DNA from: Williamwhitmania sp.
GTDB taxonomy: Bacteria; Bacteroidota; Bacteroidia; Bacteroidales; Williamwhitmaniaceae
Reading direction: 5' to 3'
NCBI GenBank assembly: GCA_035529935.1
Contig: DATKVT010000048.1
Coordinates: 1 to 40,189, forward strand
DNA: 40,189 bases
Shown here in pieces: positions 27,258 to 36,512 of this stretch. A model generated the notes under the pieces. It made no database searches. It was not told the origin of the DNA and saw only the letters and a program-made list of their open reading frames with translations. Made by a program: the position numbers and the translations under genes. The stretch's first letter is position 1, and each line of letters begins with the position of its first letter.

Positions 27258-28589
27258 ATGAAAAGAATACTGGTTCTGAGTCTACTAGCAGCAATAGTTA
27301 CAAGCTGCGGCCCTAATATGAGTGGTGAGCTTACTGGTGTGCCAGGCCGTTCAAGCTATGCCGAAGCACCTCCATATGGAATGGTCTTTATCCCTCAAGG
27401 TTCATACAACATGGGGGCTAGCGATCAAGATGTAGCATGGTCAGTAACTGCACCTGCAAAAACAGTTTCTGTTGATGCGTTTTGGATGGACCAAACAGAA
27501 ATTACGAACAACGAGTATCGCCAGTTCGTTTACTACGTTCGCGACTCCATTGAACGCCGTTTGTTGGCAGAACAGATCGACGATTTTGCAATTACCGAAG
27601 ATGAGTTTGGAAACGAGATAGATCCTCCCGTCCTTAACTGGGACACCCCTATTGACCCAGGTGACGAGGAACAAGCTGCAATTCTTGACTCCATGTACTA
27701 TAACAATCAGGAGCGATTCTACCGTCGGAAGGAAATCGATACCCGAAAACTTCAATATGAGTACTTTTGGATTGACCTTCAACAGGCCGCAAATCCAAGA
27801 AATCGTTACAACTTTGACGAAAAACGTTACTCAGGTGATGTTGTTAACATAATGGGTGAAAAGGTGCCGATTACTGATCGTTCCTCCTTTATTATCCGTG
27901 ATGTTGTAAATGTTTATCCTGACACCCTTTGCTGGATTAGCGATTTTACCTATTCATATAACGAACCATACACTACCACCTACTTCTATCACCCTAGTTT
28001 TGATAACTACCCAGTTGTAGGAGTTACGTGGAAACAAGCTACCGCATTCTGTATTTGGCGTACGCAAAGCCTTAACGATTACCACTTTAAAAGAGGGGAG
28101 CCATTCGTTAACGACTATCGCTTGCCAACTGAAAGTGAATGGGAGTATGCTGCAAGAGGTGGCCTTGACTTAAACAAGTATCCTTGGGGTGGTCCTTACA
28201 CTCGCAACCAAACAGGGTGCTTTCTGGCTAACTTCAAACCTCTTAGAGGAAATTATGTTGACGATGGAGGTTTAACCACCGTTCCTGTAATGAGTTATGA
28301 CCCTAACGACTACGGCTTATACGACATGGCTGGCAATGTGGCAGAGTGGACGTCAAACGCCTATGATGAATCGGCATACATGTTCACACACGACATGAAC
28401 CCAGATTATAAGTATAATGCAAAGCCTAACGATCCACCCGCTCTCAAAAGAAAAGTTGTTCGTGGTGGCTCCTGGAAAGATATTGCATATTTCTTGCAAA
28501 ACGGAACGAGAACTTATGAATACCAAGATACGGCTAAGCCCTACATTGGATTCCGCTGCGTGAGAAGTTATATGCCTGGAGGAAATTAG
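27258..28589 (+). CDS. gldK: Gliding motility / T9SS lipoprotein GldK (PorK), FGE-sulfatase (SUMF1) domain
   Basis: Lipobox 'LLAAIVTSC'. Formylglycine-generating-enzyme-like domain motifs ('RLPTESEWEYAARGG', 'GNVAEWT', 'RGGSW', 'GFRCV'). Start set at 'MKRILVL'. Confidence 0.9.
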   Translation: MKRILVLSLLAAIVTSCGPNMSGELTGVPGRSSYAEAPPYGMVFIPQGSYNMGASDQDVAWSVTAPAKTVSVDAFWMDQTEITNNEYRQFVYYVRDSIERRLLAEQIDDFAITEDEFGNEIDPPVLNWDTPIDPGDEEQAAILDSMYYNNQERFYRRKEIDTRKLQYEYFWIDLQQAANPRNRYNFDEKRYSGDVVNIMGEKVPITDRSSFIIRDVVNVYPDTLCWISDFTYSYNEPYTTTYFYHPSFDNYPVVGVTWKQATAFCIWRTQSLNDYHFKRGEPFVNDYRLPTESEWEYAARGGLDLNKYPWGGPYTRNQTGCFLANFKPLRGNYVDDGGLTTVPVMSYDPNDYGLYDMAGNVAEWTSNAYDESAYMFTHDMNPDYKYNAKPNDPPALKRKVVRGGSWKDIAYFLQNGTRTYEYQDTAKPYIGFRCVRSYMPGGN

Positions 28590-28612
28590 TAACCTGTTAA
28601 AAAATTTCCACA

Positions 28613-29821
28613 ATGGGATTCAATATTACTGAATTTGTTCAAAGCGACAGCTGGAGAAAATTCATGACCAAATTATATGGTTGGGGTGCTTCTGTTGTAA
28701 TTATTGGTGCTCTGTTCAAACTAAACCACTGGACAGGTGCCACAACTGCTTTGGTATTAGGTATGACCACTGAGGCAATCATCTTTTTCTTCTCGGCCTT
28801 TGAGCCGCCTCATGAGGAAGTTGATTGGACGTTGGTATATCCTGAACTCACCGGAATTACGGATGAGGAGGAGTTGAAAAAATATCGGTCCGCCCGAAAT
28901 GGGTTAGACAGTGAAACCATTCAGGAAATTATTGCAGGTGTTATAACTGCAACGGGTGGCGTTCCAGCAGCACCAGCTGCTGTTGCACAGAGCCAACCGC
29001 AACAGATTCCTCAGACTAGTGGCGGAGGTTACAACTCATCTGGTGCACTAATATTCACCGAAAAGTTCAACCAGATGCTTGAGAAGGCTGATATTGGACC
29101 TGAACTTTTTGATAAAGTCGGAAAGGGGCTTAACAAGCTTAGCCAAACTTCAGAGAAACTCGCTGACATTTCCAACGCTGCTGCGGCCTCGAGCGAACTT
29201 GCTGACAGCATGAAAAAAGCCTCCGGAACAGTTACCTCTTTTTCGGAAAAATATGAGCAATCCTCCAACGTTCTTAATGAGTCACTTAATCTTGCATCTG
29301 AAACATATCAAAAAGCCGCCGGCTCTGTTGCCGAGGCCGGAGATAAGTTTAGTCAAGGTATTACTCAAACGGCAGGAAGCTTAAAAAATCAGATCGACAT
29401 AACTGGCAAGCAGGTAAATGAGATTATTACCGGTGCTGCCAAGCAGGTGGCCGATGATATGTCTGGAGCAGCCTCATCACTTGCCAGTGGCTACAAGGAC
29501 ATTACTGCACAAATACAAAGCGACCACGCAACGGTTTCCAATATTAACCAATCTTATGTTCAACAACTCTCGGTTCTCAATAAGCATCTAGAAGCGTTGA
29601 ATCAAGTTCACGAGCAACAAATTCACCAATCCGACAAATACTTAAAGGACTCTGGAGAACTTTATACTGGTGTTGAGAAGATGGTTTCAGATCTTCAAAA
29701 ATCTATTCAGGAGGTTCAAAAGTTGCGCCAAGGGGTTACCAACCTTAATCAAAATATTGATTCACTTAACGCCATTTATGGCAACATGCTTTCTGCCATG
29801 AACGTCATGTCCAATAATTAA
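28613..29821 (+). CDS. gldL: Gliding motility / T9SS motor protein GldL (PorL), with a long C-terminal cytoplasmic extension
   Basis: 'KLYGWGASVVIIGALFKLNHW' plus a second TM carrying the conserved acidic residue ('TEAIIFFFSAFEPP'). The C-terminal part, roughly 300 aa, is Ser/Ala/Gln-rich and helical; 402 aa in total. Confidence 0.8.
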   Translation: MGFNITEFVQSDSWRKFMTKLYGWGASVVIIGALFKLNHWTGATTALVLGMTTEAIIFFFSAFEPPHEEVDWTLVYPELTGITDEEELKKYRSARNGLDSETIQEIIAGVITATGGVPAAPAAVAQSQPQQIPQTSGGGYNSSGALIFTEKFNQMLEKADIGPELFDKVGKGLNKLSQTSEKLADISNAAAASSELADSMKKASGTVTSFSEKYEQSSNVLNESLNLASETYQKAAGSVAEAGDKFSQGITQTAGSLKNQIDITGKQVNEIITGAAKQVADDMSGAASSLASGYKDITAQIQSDHATVSNINQSYVQQLSVLNKHLEALNQVHEQQIHQSDKYLKDSGELYTGVEKMVSDLQKSIQEVQKLRQGVTNLNQNIDSLNAIYGNMLSAMNVMSNN

Positions 29822-29851
29822 ATGAATAATAGCAATAGATTTTAATTAGGT

Positions 29852-31495
29852 ATGGCCCACGGAAAAGAAACACCCAGGCAAAAAATGATAGGTATGATGT
29901 ACCTAGTACTTACAGCTATGCTTGCGTTAAACGTATCGGCTGAAGTATTGGATGCATTCGTGCTTGTTGACCAAGGATTAATCCAAACGAACCATAGCTT
30001 TTCCTCCAAAAATGCGGATGCCTACAACGAATTTGACAAAGCATTTGCGCTAAACCCAGAAAAAGTCAAGCCGTGGAAAGATAAAGCGGATGAGATTCGA
30101 AAAAAGACGCAGGAGTTAAACTACTATATTGAGGAGCTTAAGGCACAGATAGTGTATGCTGCCGATGGAAAAGATGCAGCGGCGGTTACCGTAAAAAATG
30201 GTAAAGTTGTTGAGGTTGATGGTGATAAATTACTCAGTAAAGCAAATACCGATGCTGGCAGTAGAGTTATGCTTGGCAGCGATAAGAATGGAGAGGCGTA
30301 TAATTTAAGAAAAAAGATAGCGGATTATAGAGATTATTTAAAAGGATTTATTACCGATAAGCAAAAGTTTGAACCCCTTGTGTCCTCCCTCAATATTTTA
30401 CTTAATACAACCGATCCCCCACAAAAGGAGGATGGAACAACAAGAACTTGGGAAACGGGTAAATTTGAAAGTGTTCCTGTAGCCGCTGATTTGCCGATAC
30501 TTACAAAAATGCAGCTTGACGTGCTCAACAGTGAAGCCGAAATAATAAGCTATCTCCTTCAGCAAATCGATGCTGGATCGCTCAGATTCAACAAGGTAGA
30601 GGCAATTGTGATTGCCAACTCCGACTATGTACTGCAGGGAAATGAGTACCAAGCACAGGTATTCCTAGCGGCCTCTGACTCCACACAGGATCCGAAAATA
30701 TATGTGGGTTCTGTTGACTCAACAATAACGGCCGCTGGTACAAGAGATTACAGTATCAAAGGAAACTCTACTGAACTTCCTGTTAGTAAAGGAATTGGTA
30801 TATACAAGGTTCGTATTCCAAAATCAGGAGTAGTGCACTGGGGCGGACTAATACAATTGGTCTCTCCAGATGGACGGTTGATTAAAAAACCGTTTAAGGC
30901 AACATTCCAAGTGGCGGTTCCATCCATTGTGGTATCACCAAGTAAAATGAACGTGCTCTACCGTGGCGTTGACAATCCGGTTGATATCTCCGTAGCCGGC
31001 GTTCCAATGGACAAAATACAGCCATTAATCGACAACGGGTCAATAAAAAGAGTTGGCAATGCCTTTGTTGTACAACCTGGTCCTGGAAAAATTGCAAACA
31101 TTTCGGTCCTTGCAACCATCGACAACGCAAAGAAAAATCTTGGAAAAGTTCAGTTTCGTATAAAAAATGTACCTGATCCTACCCCACGGGTAATTGGCAT
31201 AACCACTAGAATCGTTGATAAGGTTTACCTTACTGCGGCTGATGGTATTGCGGCAGAAATGCCACCCGATTTCGACTTTGACCTTACCTTTACCATTAAA
31301 AGTTATACCGTATCGGCAATTATTGACGGTTATGAGCAAAGTGCCGATGTTACGGGTTGGCGGTTTTCTGATAAGGCAAAAACAATAATTGGAAGAATTA
31401 GACCCAACCAACGGGTGCTCATTACAGATATTAAGGCGGTAGGCCCTGATGGATCTGTAAGAGACCTCAACGACATAAATATTAAAGTTAAATAA
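29852..31495 (+). CDS. gldM: Gliding motility / T9SS motor protein GldM (PorM)
   Basis: 'GKETPRQKMIGMMYLVLTAMLALNVS' N-terminal TM signature of GldM/PorM; 547 aa. Confidence 0.85.
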   Translation: MAHGKETPRQKMIGMMYLVLTAMLALNVSAEVLDAFVLVDQGLIQTNHSFSSKNADAYNEFDKAFALNPEKVKPWKDKADEIRKKTQELNYYIEELKAQIVYAADGKDAAAVTVKNGKVVEVDGDKLLSKANTDAGSRVMLGSDKNGEAYNLRKKIADYRDYLKGFITDKQKFEPLVSSLNILLNTTDPPQKEDGTTRTWETGKFESVPVAADLPILTKMQLDVLNSEAEIISYLLQQIDAGSLRFNKVEAIVIANSDYVLQGNEYQAQVFLAASDSTQDPKIYVGSVDSTITAAGTRDYSIKGNSTELPVSKGIGIYKVRIPKSGVVHWGGLIQLVSPDGRLIKKPFKATFQVAVPSIVVSPSKMNVLYRGVDNPVDISVAGVPMDKIQPLIDNGSIKRVGNAFVVQPGPGKIANISVLATIDNAKKNLGKVQFRIKNVPDPTPRVIGITTRIVDKVYLTAADGIAAEMPPDFDFDLTFTIKSYTVSAIIDGYEQSADVTGWRFSDKAKTIIGRIRPNQRVLITDIKAVGPDGSVRDLNDINIKVK

Positions 31496-31503
31496 CCACC
31501 ACC

Positions 31504-32391
31504 ATGAGAAGGAGTCTCCGTATTTTATTTGGCCTTACTACAATGGTAACCGTTGCTGCCTCCTCCTATGCGCAGCCAATTCAAAAGGAAAGCCTTGTTC
31601 AGGATGGCATTTATGTAAAAGAAACCATCACGGAACGTAAACCAATACCATACCCATCGCTTCGAGAAGCCGATGTTATGTGGAGTAAGCGTGTTTGGAG
31701 GATAATTGACCTTCGGGAAAAAATGAATCTTCCCCTTTACTTTCCAACACAAGAAATGCAGGATAGAAAAAGTCTGATCCAAACCCTTTATAGTGCAATT
31801 AAAAAAGGTGAGATTGTTGCTTACGATCCTGATGTCGACGATGAGTTTACCACTCCGATGTCGTTTAACGAGTGCGAAACTAAACTCGGTGGAGGAATGG
31901 TTGATGTGGGTAAAAACGAGGATGGCTCACCTAAAACGCAGTACGCCGACCCTAAATGGGCTGATATTAAGGAGTTTTTAGTCAAAGAAGAATGGTACTT
32001 CGATAAAAAGTATTCCCGCATGGAGGTGCGTATTATCGGTATTTGCCCAATTAGAGTTTACTACAAGACTGTTAATACTGGTGACGAAAACGCTGACGAG
32101 GAAAATACTGGTACCCTTACTAAGGTTAAAACCTTCTGGGTATACTTCCCCGAGGCTAGAAAGATATTAGCAAACACAACCGTTTTCAACGATCACAACG
32201 ATGCGCAACGCATATCTTTCGACGACCTATTCTTCTTTAGACGGTTTGAATCCTACATCGTTCAGGAAGGAAACGTATACAATAACCGTATGATAAATAC
32301 CTACACCCTAGGCGGTGTTCCAAATATGGAGGAGTCGGAAAGAATTAGAAATGACATTTTCGATACCGAACACGACCTGTGGGAATTCTAA
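31504..32391 (+). CDS. gldN: Gliding motility / T9SS ring protein GldN (PorN)
   Basis: Signal peptide plus 'PYPSLREADVMWSKRVWRIIDLREKMN', the GldN family signature; 295 aa; last gene of the operon. Confidence 0.85.
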   Translation: MRRSLRILFGLTTMVTVAASSYAQPIQKESLVQDGIYVKETITERKPIPYPSLREADVMWSKRVWRIIDLREKMNLPLYFPTQEMQDRKSLIQTLYSAIKKGEIVAYDPDVDDEFTTPMSFNECETKLGGGMVDVGKNEDGSPKTQYADPKWADIKEFLVKEEWYFDKKYSRMEVRIIGICPIRVYYKTVNTGDENADEENTGTLTKVKTFWVYFPEARKILANTTVFNDHNDAQRISFDDLFFFRRFESYIVQEGNVYNNRMINTYTLGGVPNMEESERIRNDIFDTEHDLWEF

Positions 32392-32410
32392 TACTACTTC
32401 TCATTGCAAT

Positions 32411-32447
32411 AAAAAGCCATCTCAATACGAGATGGCTTTTATTTTTC
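32411..32447. terminator. Bidirectional rho-independent terminator after gldN
   Basis: AAAGCCATCTC-(AATAC)-GAGATGGCTTT perfect 11-bp stem followed by TTATTTTTC; also serves the convergent manC. Confidence 0.65.
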
Positions 32448-32480
32448 TATACCATTGAGAAATGAACCTATAAATGTAAT

Positions 32481-33569
32481 CTAGGTATACTGCTCTCCTT
32501 TTTCAATCAGAATATCGCTCACAAAGGATTTAATTTCCTGTTCATCATCCATTCTACAAACGAGCAAAATCCCATCCGATTCCACTACAATGCAGTCGCT
32601 TAATCCTTGCAGAACAACCAACTTCTCATCAGGAACACGGACAACACAATTCTTAATCCCATAGCTCATCACGTTGGCACCGGTAACTGAATTGCCCAAC
32701 TTATCTCGCTGCGAATTAATAAATAGTGACCCCCACGTTCCCAAATCAGACCATCCGAATTCTGCCATAATAACGTATACGTTGTCTGCCTTTTCCATTA
32801 TGCCATAGTCGATGGATACGCTACGACACTCAGAGTATATATCTCGAATAAACCCTTCTTCTTTGGGTGAATTATAGAGTCCAATACCGTCTGCAAAGAG
32901 GCTACTAACCTCAGGTAATAAATCGCGAAAGCTATCGAGTATCGTTGTCAACGACCAAATAAAGATTCCCGAATTCCAAAAAAATTCTCCGCTTTTCAAA
33001 AATATCTTTGCCATATCGAGATTAGGCTTTTCGGTAAAGGTTTTAACCTTTCGAATACCAGCCTCGGGAGCAGGAACTCCACTATTAATTTGAATATAGC
33101 CATAGCCCGTCTCTGGCCTTGTTGGCTTGATGCCTATGGTTATTAGCGATTTGTTAGCTTCGGCAAAGGTAAGACCCTGAAGTATCGTATTGTGAAACTG
33201 CGTCTCATTAAGGACCAGATGGTCCGAAGGTGCCACCACGATTACGGCATTGGAATTCCTTTCCAGAATTTTATAGTTGGCATAGGCTATGCAAGGTGCG
33301 GTATTTCTCCGCAGTGGTTCAAGCAAAACCTGTGACTCATCAATTTCTGGAAGCTGCTCGAGGACAATATCCTTATAGGCCACGCTAGTAACAACCATTA
33401 TGTTTCCCACCGGAATAATGGCAGCAAACCTGTCAAAAGTTTGTTGTATGAAGGTTCTCCCTGTGCCAAGGATATCGAGAAACTGTTTTGGCTTAGCATT
33501 TCTGCTAAGAGGCCAAAAGCGGCTTCCGACGCCACCAGCCATTATTACACAGTAATGGTTTTTATTCAT
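32481..33569 (-). CDS. manC: Mannose-1-phosphate guanylyltransferase (GDP-mannose pyrophosphorylase)
   Basis: 'IMAGGVGSRFWPLS' nucleotidyltransferase motif, 'LLEPLRRNTAP', typical length 362 aa. Confidence 0.85.
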   Translation of the reverse strand: MNKNHYCVIMAGGVGSRFWPLSRNAKPKQFLDILGTGRTFIQQTFDRFAAIIPVGNIMVVTSVAYKDIVLEQLPEIDESQVLLEPLRRNTAPCIAYANYKILERNSNAVIVVAPSDHLVLNETQFHNTILQGLTFAEANKSLITIGIKPTRPETGYGYIQINSGVPAPEAGIRKVKTFTEKPNLDMAKIFLKSGEFFWNSGIFIWSLTTILDSFRDLLPEVSSLFADGIGLYNSPKEEGFIRDIYSECRSVSIDYGIMEKADNVYVIMAEFGWSDLGTWGSLFINSQRDKLGNSVTGANVMSYGIKNCVVRVPDEKLVVLQGLSDCIVVESDGILLVCRMDDEQEIKSFVSDILIEKGEQYT

Positions 33570-33620
33570 GACTTGGTTTTTTTTACAAATTTAGGAAAAG
33601 AACTACACCCTCCACCTAAA

Positions 33621-34403
33621 ATGGTTAATGAAAGGAATTTTCTACCTTTGTTAAAAAAAAGGATGGAACTGTTTCATGCTATTGGCGATTACGTTTTGCT
33701 GATGAAGCGGGTGTTTTCAAGACCTGAGAAAAAGTTAATGTACTATCGACAGGTTGTAAAAGAGATCGAGTCGTTAGGGGTTAACTCCATTGGTATTGTG
33801 GCCATCATATCGGCATTTATGGGTGCTGTAATTACCCTTCAAACCGCCTACAATACGGAAAGCCCATTTTTGCCAAATTACATAATTGGAGTTGCAGCCA
33901 GAGACTCCATTCTTCTGGAATTCTCATCCACCATTGTTGGGTTAATTCTTGCAGGAAAGGTTGGCTCCAATATTGCCTCGGAAATAGGTTCAATGCGCGT
34001 TTCCGAGCAGATTGATGCTCTAGAAATTATGGGCGTCAACTCAGCGAGCTTTCTTATTCTACCTAAGATTGTTGCCACGGTTTTATTCAATCCATTTTTA
34101 ACTATCCTCAGCGTGCTAGTTGGTATTGCCGGTGGATGGTCGGTTGGTGTTTTCACTGGGGTAATTACCACCGAGAGCTATATTAATGGAATTCAGTATG
34201 GTTTTGTTCCATATTACATCACTTATGCATTAATTAAAACCGTCGTCTTTGCCTTTCTTATTACCACCATCTCCGCTTACTATGGCTTCACAGTTAAAGG
34301 AGGCTCGGTAGAGGTTGGCCGATCTAGCACAAAAGCAGTGGTGGTTGCCAGTGTGGCCATTCTGCTCTTCAATTTAATTCTTACCCAAATGCTTCTTAAG
34401 TAA
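33621..34403 (+). CDS. mlaE: MlaE-family ABC transporter permease (phospholipid/ retrograde lipid transport)
   Basis: MlaE/YrbE-type TM core ('EIGSMRVSEQIDALEIMGV', 'LPKIVATV'). Start set at 'MVNERN' (an alternative Met lies at 33663); the upstream in-frame extension overlaps manC and is rejected. Confidence 0.75.
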   Translation: MVNERNFLPLLKKRMELFHAIGDYVLLMKRVFSRPEKKLMYYRQVVKEIESLGVNSIGIVAIISAFMGAVITLQTAYNTESPFLPNYIIGVAARDSILLEFSSTIVGLILAGKVGSNIASEIGSMRVSEQIDALEIMGVNSASFLILPKIVATVLFNPFLTILSVLVGIAGGWSVGVFTGVITTESYINGIQYGFVPYYITYALIKTVVFAFLITTISAYYGFTVKGGSVEVGRSSTKAVVVASVAILLFNLILTQMLLK

Positions 34404-34405
34404 TC

Positions 34406-35158
34406 ATGATAAAGGCCATTAATTTATCTAAATCCTTTGACAGCAGGTTGGTGCTCGAGAATATCTCTGCCACGTTTCACCAGGGAAAAATAAACCAAAT
34501 TATAGGAGAGAGTGGTTCCGGTAAAACTGTTCTGCTGAAATCGCTTGTTGGGCTATACCCTATAGATAATGGGGAAATTTACTATAACGACACCCTGTTT
34601 TCATCTATTGATAGGAAGGAGAGGCAAAATTTGAGAAAAAAGATAGGAATGCTCTTTCAGGGAGGTGCACTATTCGATAGCGTTTCTGTTCTTGAGAATG
34701 TTAAATTTCCGCTCGATATGTTTACGGATATGAGCGAAGCAGAAAAACTTGAACGGGCAAACTTCTGCCTTCAACGGGTCAATATTTCCGACTCAAACAA
34801 GCTCTTCCCTTCTGAAATTAGTGGTGGAATGCAAAAGCGGGTGGCCATTGCTCGGGCCATTGCCTTGAATCCTAAATATCTCTTTTGTGATGAACCAAAC
34901 TCAGGCCTTGACCCCCGCACGGCGACAGTAATTGATAACTTAATTAAGGAGATAACGGAGGAATATCAAATTACGACCATCATCAACACGCACGACATGA
35001 ACTCTGTAATGGAGATTGGGGATAAAATTCTCTTTATCTATCAAGGTAAAAAATGGTGGGAAGGGACTAGGGAAGAAATTTTAAAAACCGACAATAAGGA
35101 ACTGAACCAGTTTGTTTTCTCCTCATCGCTGACACGAGCAGTAAAAGGTAAGTTTTAA
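34406..35158 (+). CDS. mlaF: MlaF-type ABC transporter ATP-binding protein
   Basis: Walker A 'GESGSGKT', signature 'ISGGMQKRVAIARA', Walker B 'LFCDEP', H-loop; 250 aa; start 3 nt after mlaE. Confidence 0.85.
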   Translation: MIKAINLSKSFDSRLVLENISATFHQGKINQIIGESGSGKTVLLKSLVGLYPIDNGEIYYNDTLFSSIDRKERQNLRKKIGMLFQGGALFDSVSVLENVKFPLDMFTDMSEAEKLERANFCLQRVNISDSNKLFPSEISGGMQKRVAIARAIALNPKYLFCDEPNSGLDPRTATVIDNLIKEITEEYQITTIINTHDMNSVMEIGDKILFIYQGKKWWEGTREEILKTDNKELNQFVFSSSLTRAVKGKF

Positions 35159-35850
35159 CCGTGGAGCATAAGCCATTCGAGCATTGGCTTATCCAATATC
35201 TCAATGGTAGTTCCTTCAATGCGAATAATACCATCCTTCCGGAACTCGGAAAGGCTTCTTATTACATTCTCCACCCGCATATCAATGAGATCACCTATTT
35301 CCTTACGTGATATGGGAAGTGAAAAAGTATTGGTCTTATAAACGTCGTCAGCAAACATCAATATTATTAAGGCAATTCGTCCCCTAAGTTGACGTGTATT
35401 TAACTCCAGCCTCGTATTTAGCAACTTGTTAGACACAATGCTCATTTTCTCCAACAGCGTCCTTGCAAATGTGCCACTCTTCAAAACAAGCTGCTCCACA
35501 GCCGAAATATTTACCATGCAGAGTTCAGTGTCCTCAATTGCAGTGATTGTATATTGATATGTGGATGAAGAGAAGAGGCTTAGAAGTCCTATAAAATCGA
35601 GTGGTGAAGCAATACCAATAATCTGCTCGTGACCCTCGGTGTTCCGTCGTGAAAGTTTAGCCAATCCATCTCTCAAATAAATGAAATGGCTAACTAAATC
35701 CCCCTGCTTGGCAATTACCTCACCTTTTCCGGCAACAAAGATCTCCTTCCCATCCTCTACTATCATCAGCTCCTCTGTTGTTAAGCAACTGAATAAAGTC
35801 GACCGAAGGCTGCAATTCCGGCAATCCTCGCTATTGCATGATATTTTCAT
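35155..35850 (-). CDS. Crp/Fnr-family transcriptional regulator with FNR-like N-terminal Cys cluster
   Basis: cNMP-binding beta-roll ('GDLVSHFIYLRDGLAKL') and C-terminal HTH ('ISRKEIGDLIDMRVENVIRSLSEF'). The N-terminus 'MKISCNSEDCRNCSLRSTLFSC' plus an internal 'ELCMV' Cys resemble the Fe-S ligand arrangement of FNR. Start set at 'MKISC'. Confidence 0.75.
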   Translation of the reverse strand: MKISCNSEDCRNCSLRSTLFSCLTTEELMIVEDGKEIFVAGKGEVIAKQGDLVSHFIYLRDGLAKLSRRNTEGHEQIIGIASPLDFIGLLSLFSSSTYQYTITAIEDTELCMVNISAVEQLVLKSGTFARTLLEKMSIVSNKLLNTRLELNTRQLRGRIALIILMFADDVYKTNTFSLPISRKEIGDLIDMRVENVIRSLSEFRKDGIIRIEGTTIEILDKPMLEWLMLHG

Positions 35851-36258
35851 GTGGCTAAGATATATGATTATTATCAGCACGGATAGCTACCATACTAAAT
35901 GTATGACGTCCTGTAAAAGGCCAAGGTAATGGTGGGTTAGAAGTTGGCGTCTCTGCAGCGATGAAAAGTCAGATGGAGAAATTAGACATCCCAACAATTG
36001 AGGAGTTTCTTGAGTTAATCACTGTTGTGGTGATGGGGAGATTTACTCCTGTAAGCTGACTGTAGACATGTTTGGACTTAGAAAGAAGATCTAGGCGAAC
36101 ATGTCATTGACATTATTACTATAGGTCAATTCTACGAATTGTCTGCAGGTCAAGGAACACAGATTATTTTTACATAATAAGGCCAATCACCATTACAAGA
36201 AAACCGGGATGACAACCCGATTTTTTTCGTACCGAGGTTAAACCCCATAACCAAATAG

Positions 36259-36504
36259 TTACTCTTTAATCTCCTCATAGTCGACATACTCACCCAAGTT
36301 CTGGAATTTACCGCTACCCTCATTGGTGTTTGCATTGTCCTTAATCCAAACTTCCCCCTCCTTGTGCTGCTGATCAGCAGCACCACTGGTGGATCCCCTT
36401 TTGAATAACTTTCGCACCTTATACCTTAGAAAAATCAAGGATACAAAACCAAGTAGAAAGACGAAAAGGATAAAAAAAAGTAAAAATTGAAATAGAAATA
36501 ACAT
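36259..36504 (-). CDS. Small membrane protein, DUF4834-like (single TM, acidic 'GEYVDYEEI' C-terminus)
   Basis: 81 aa: Phe/Leu-rich TM helix, basic stretch, then an acidic tail ending '...GEYVDYEEIKE'. It starts 8 nt after the 920-aa gene, so the two are probably co-transcribed. Confidence 0.5.
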   Translation of the reverse strand: MLFLFQFLLFFILFVFLLGFVSLIFLRYKVRKLFKRGSTSGAADQQHKEGEVWIKDNANTNEGSGKFQNLGEYVDYEEIKE

Positions 36505-36512
36505 AGTATAGT

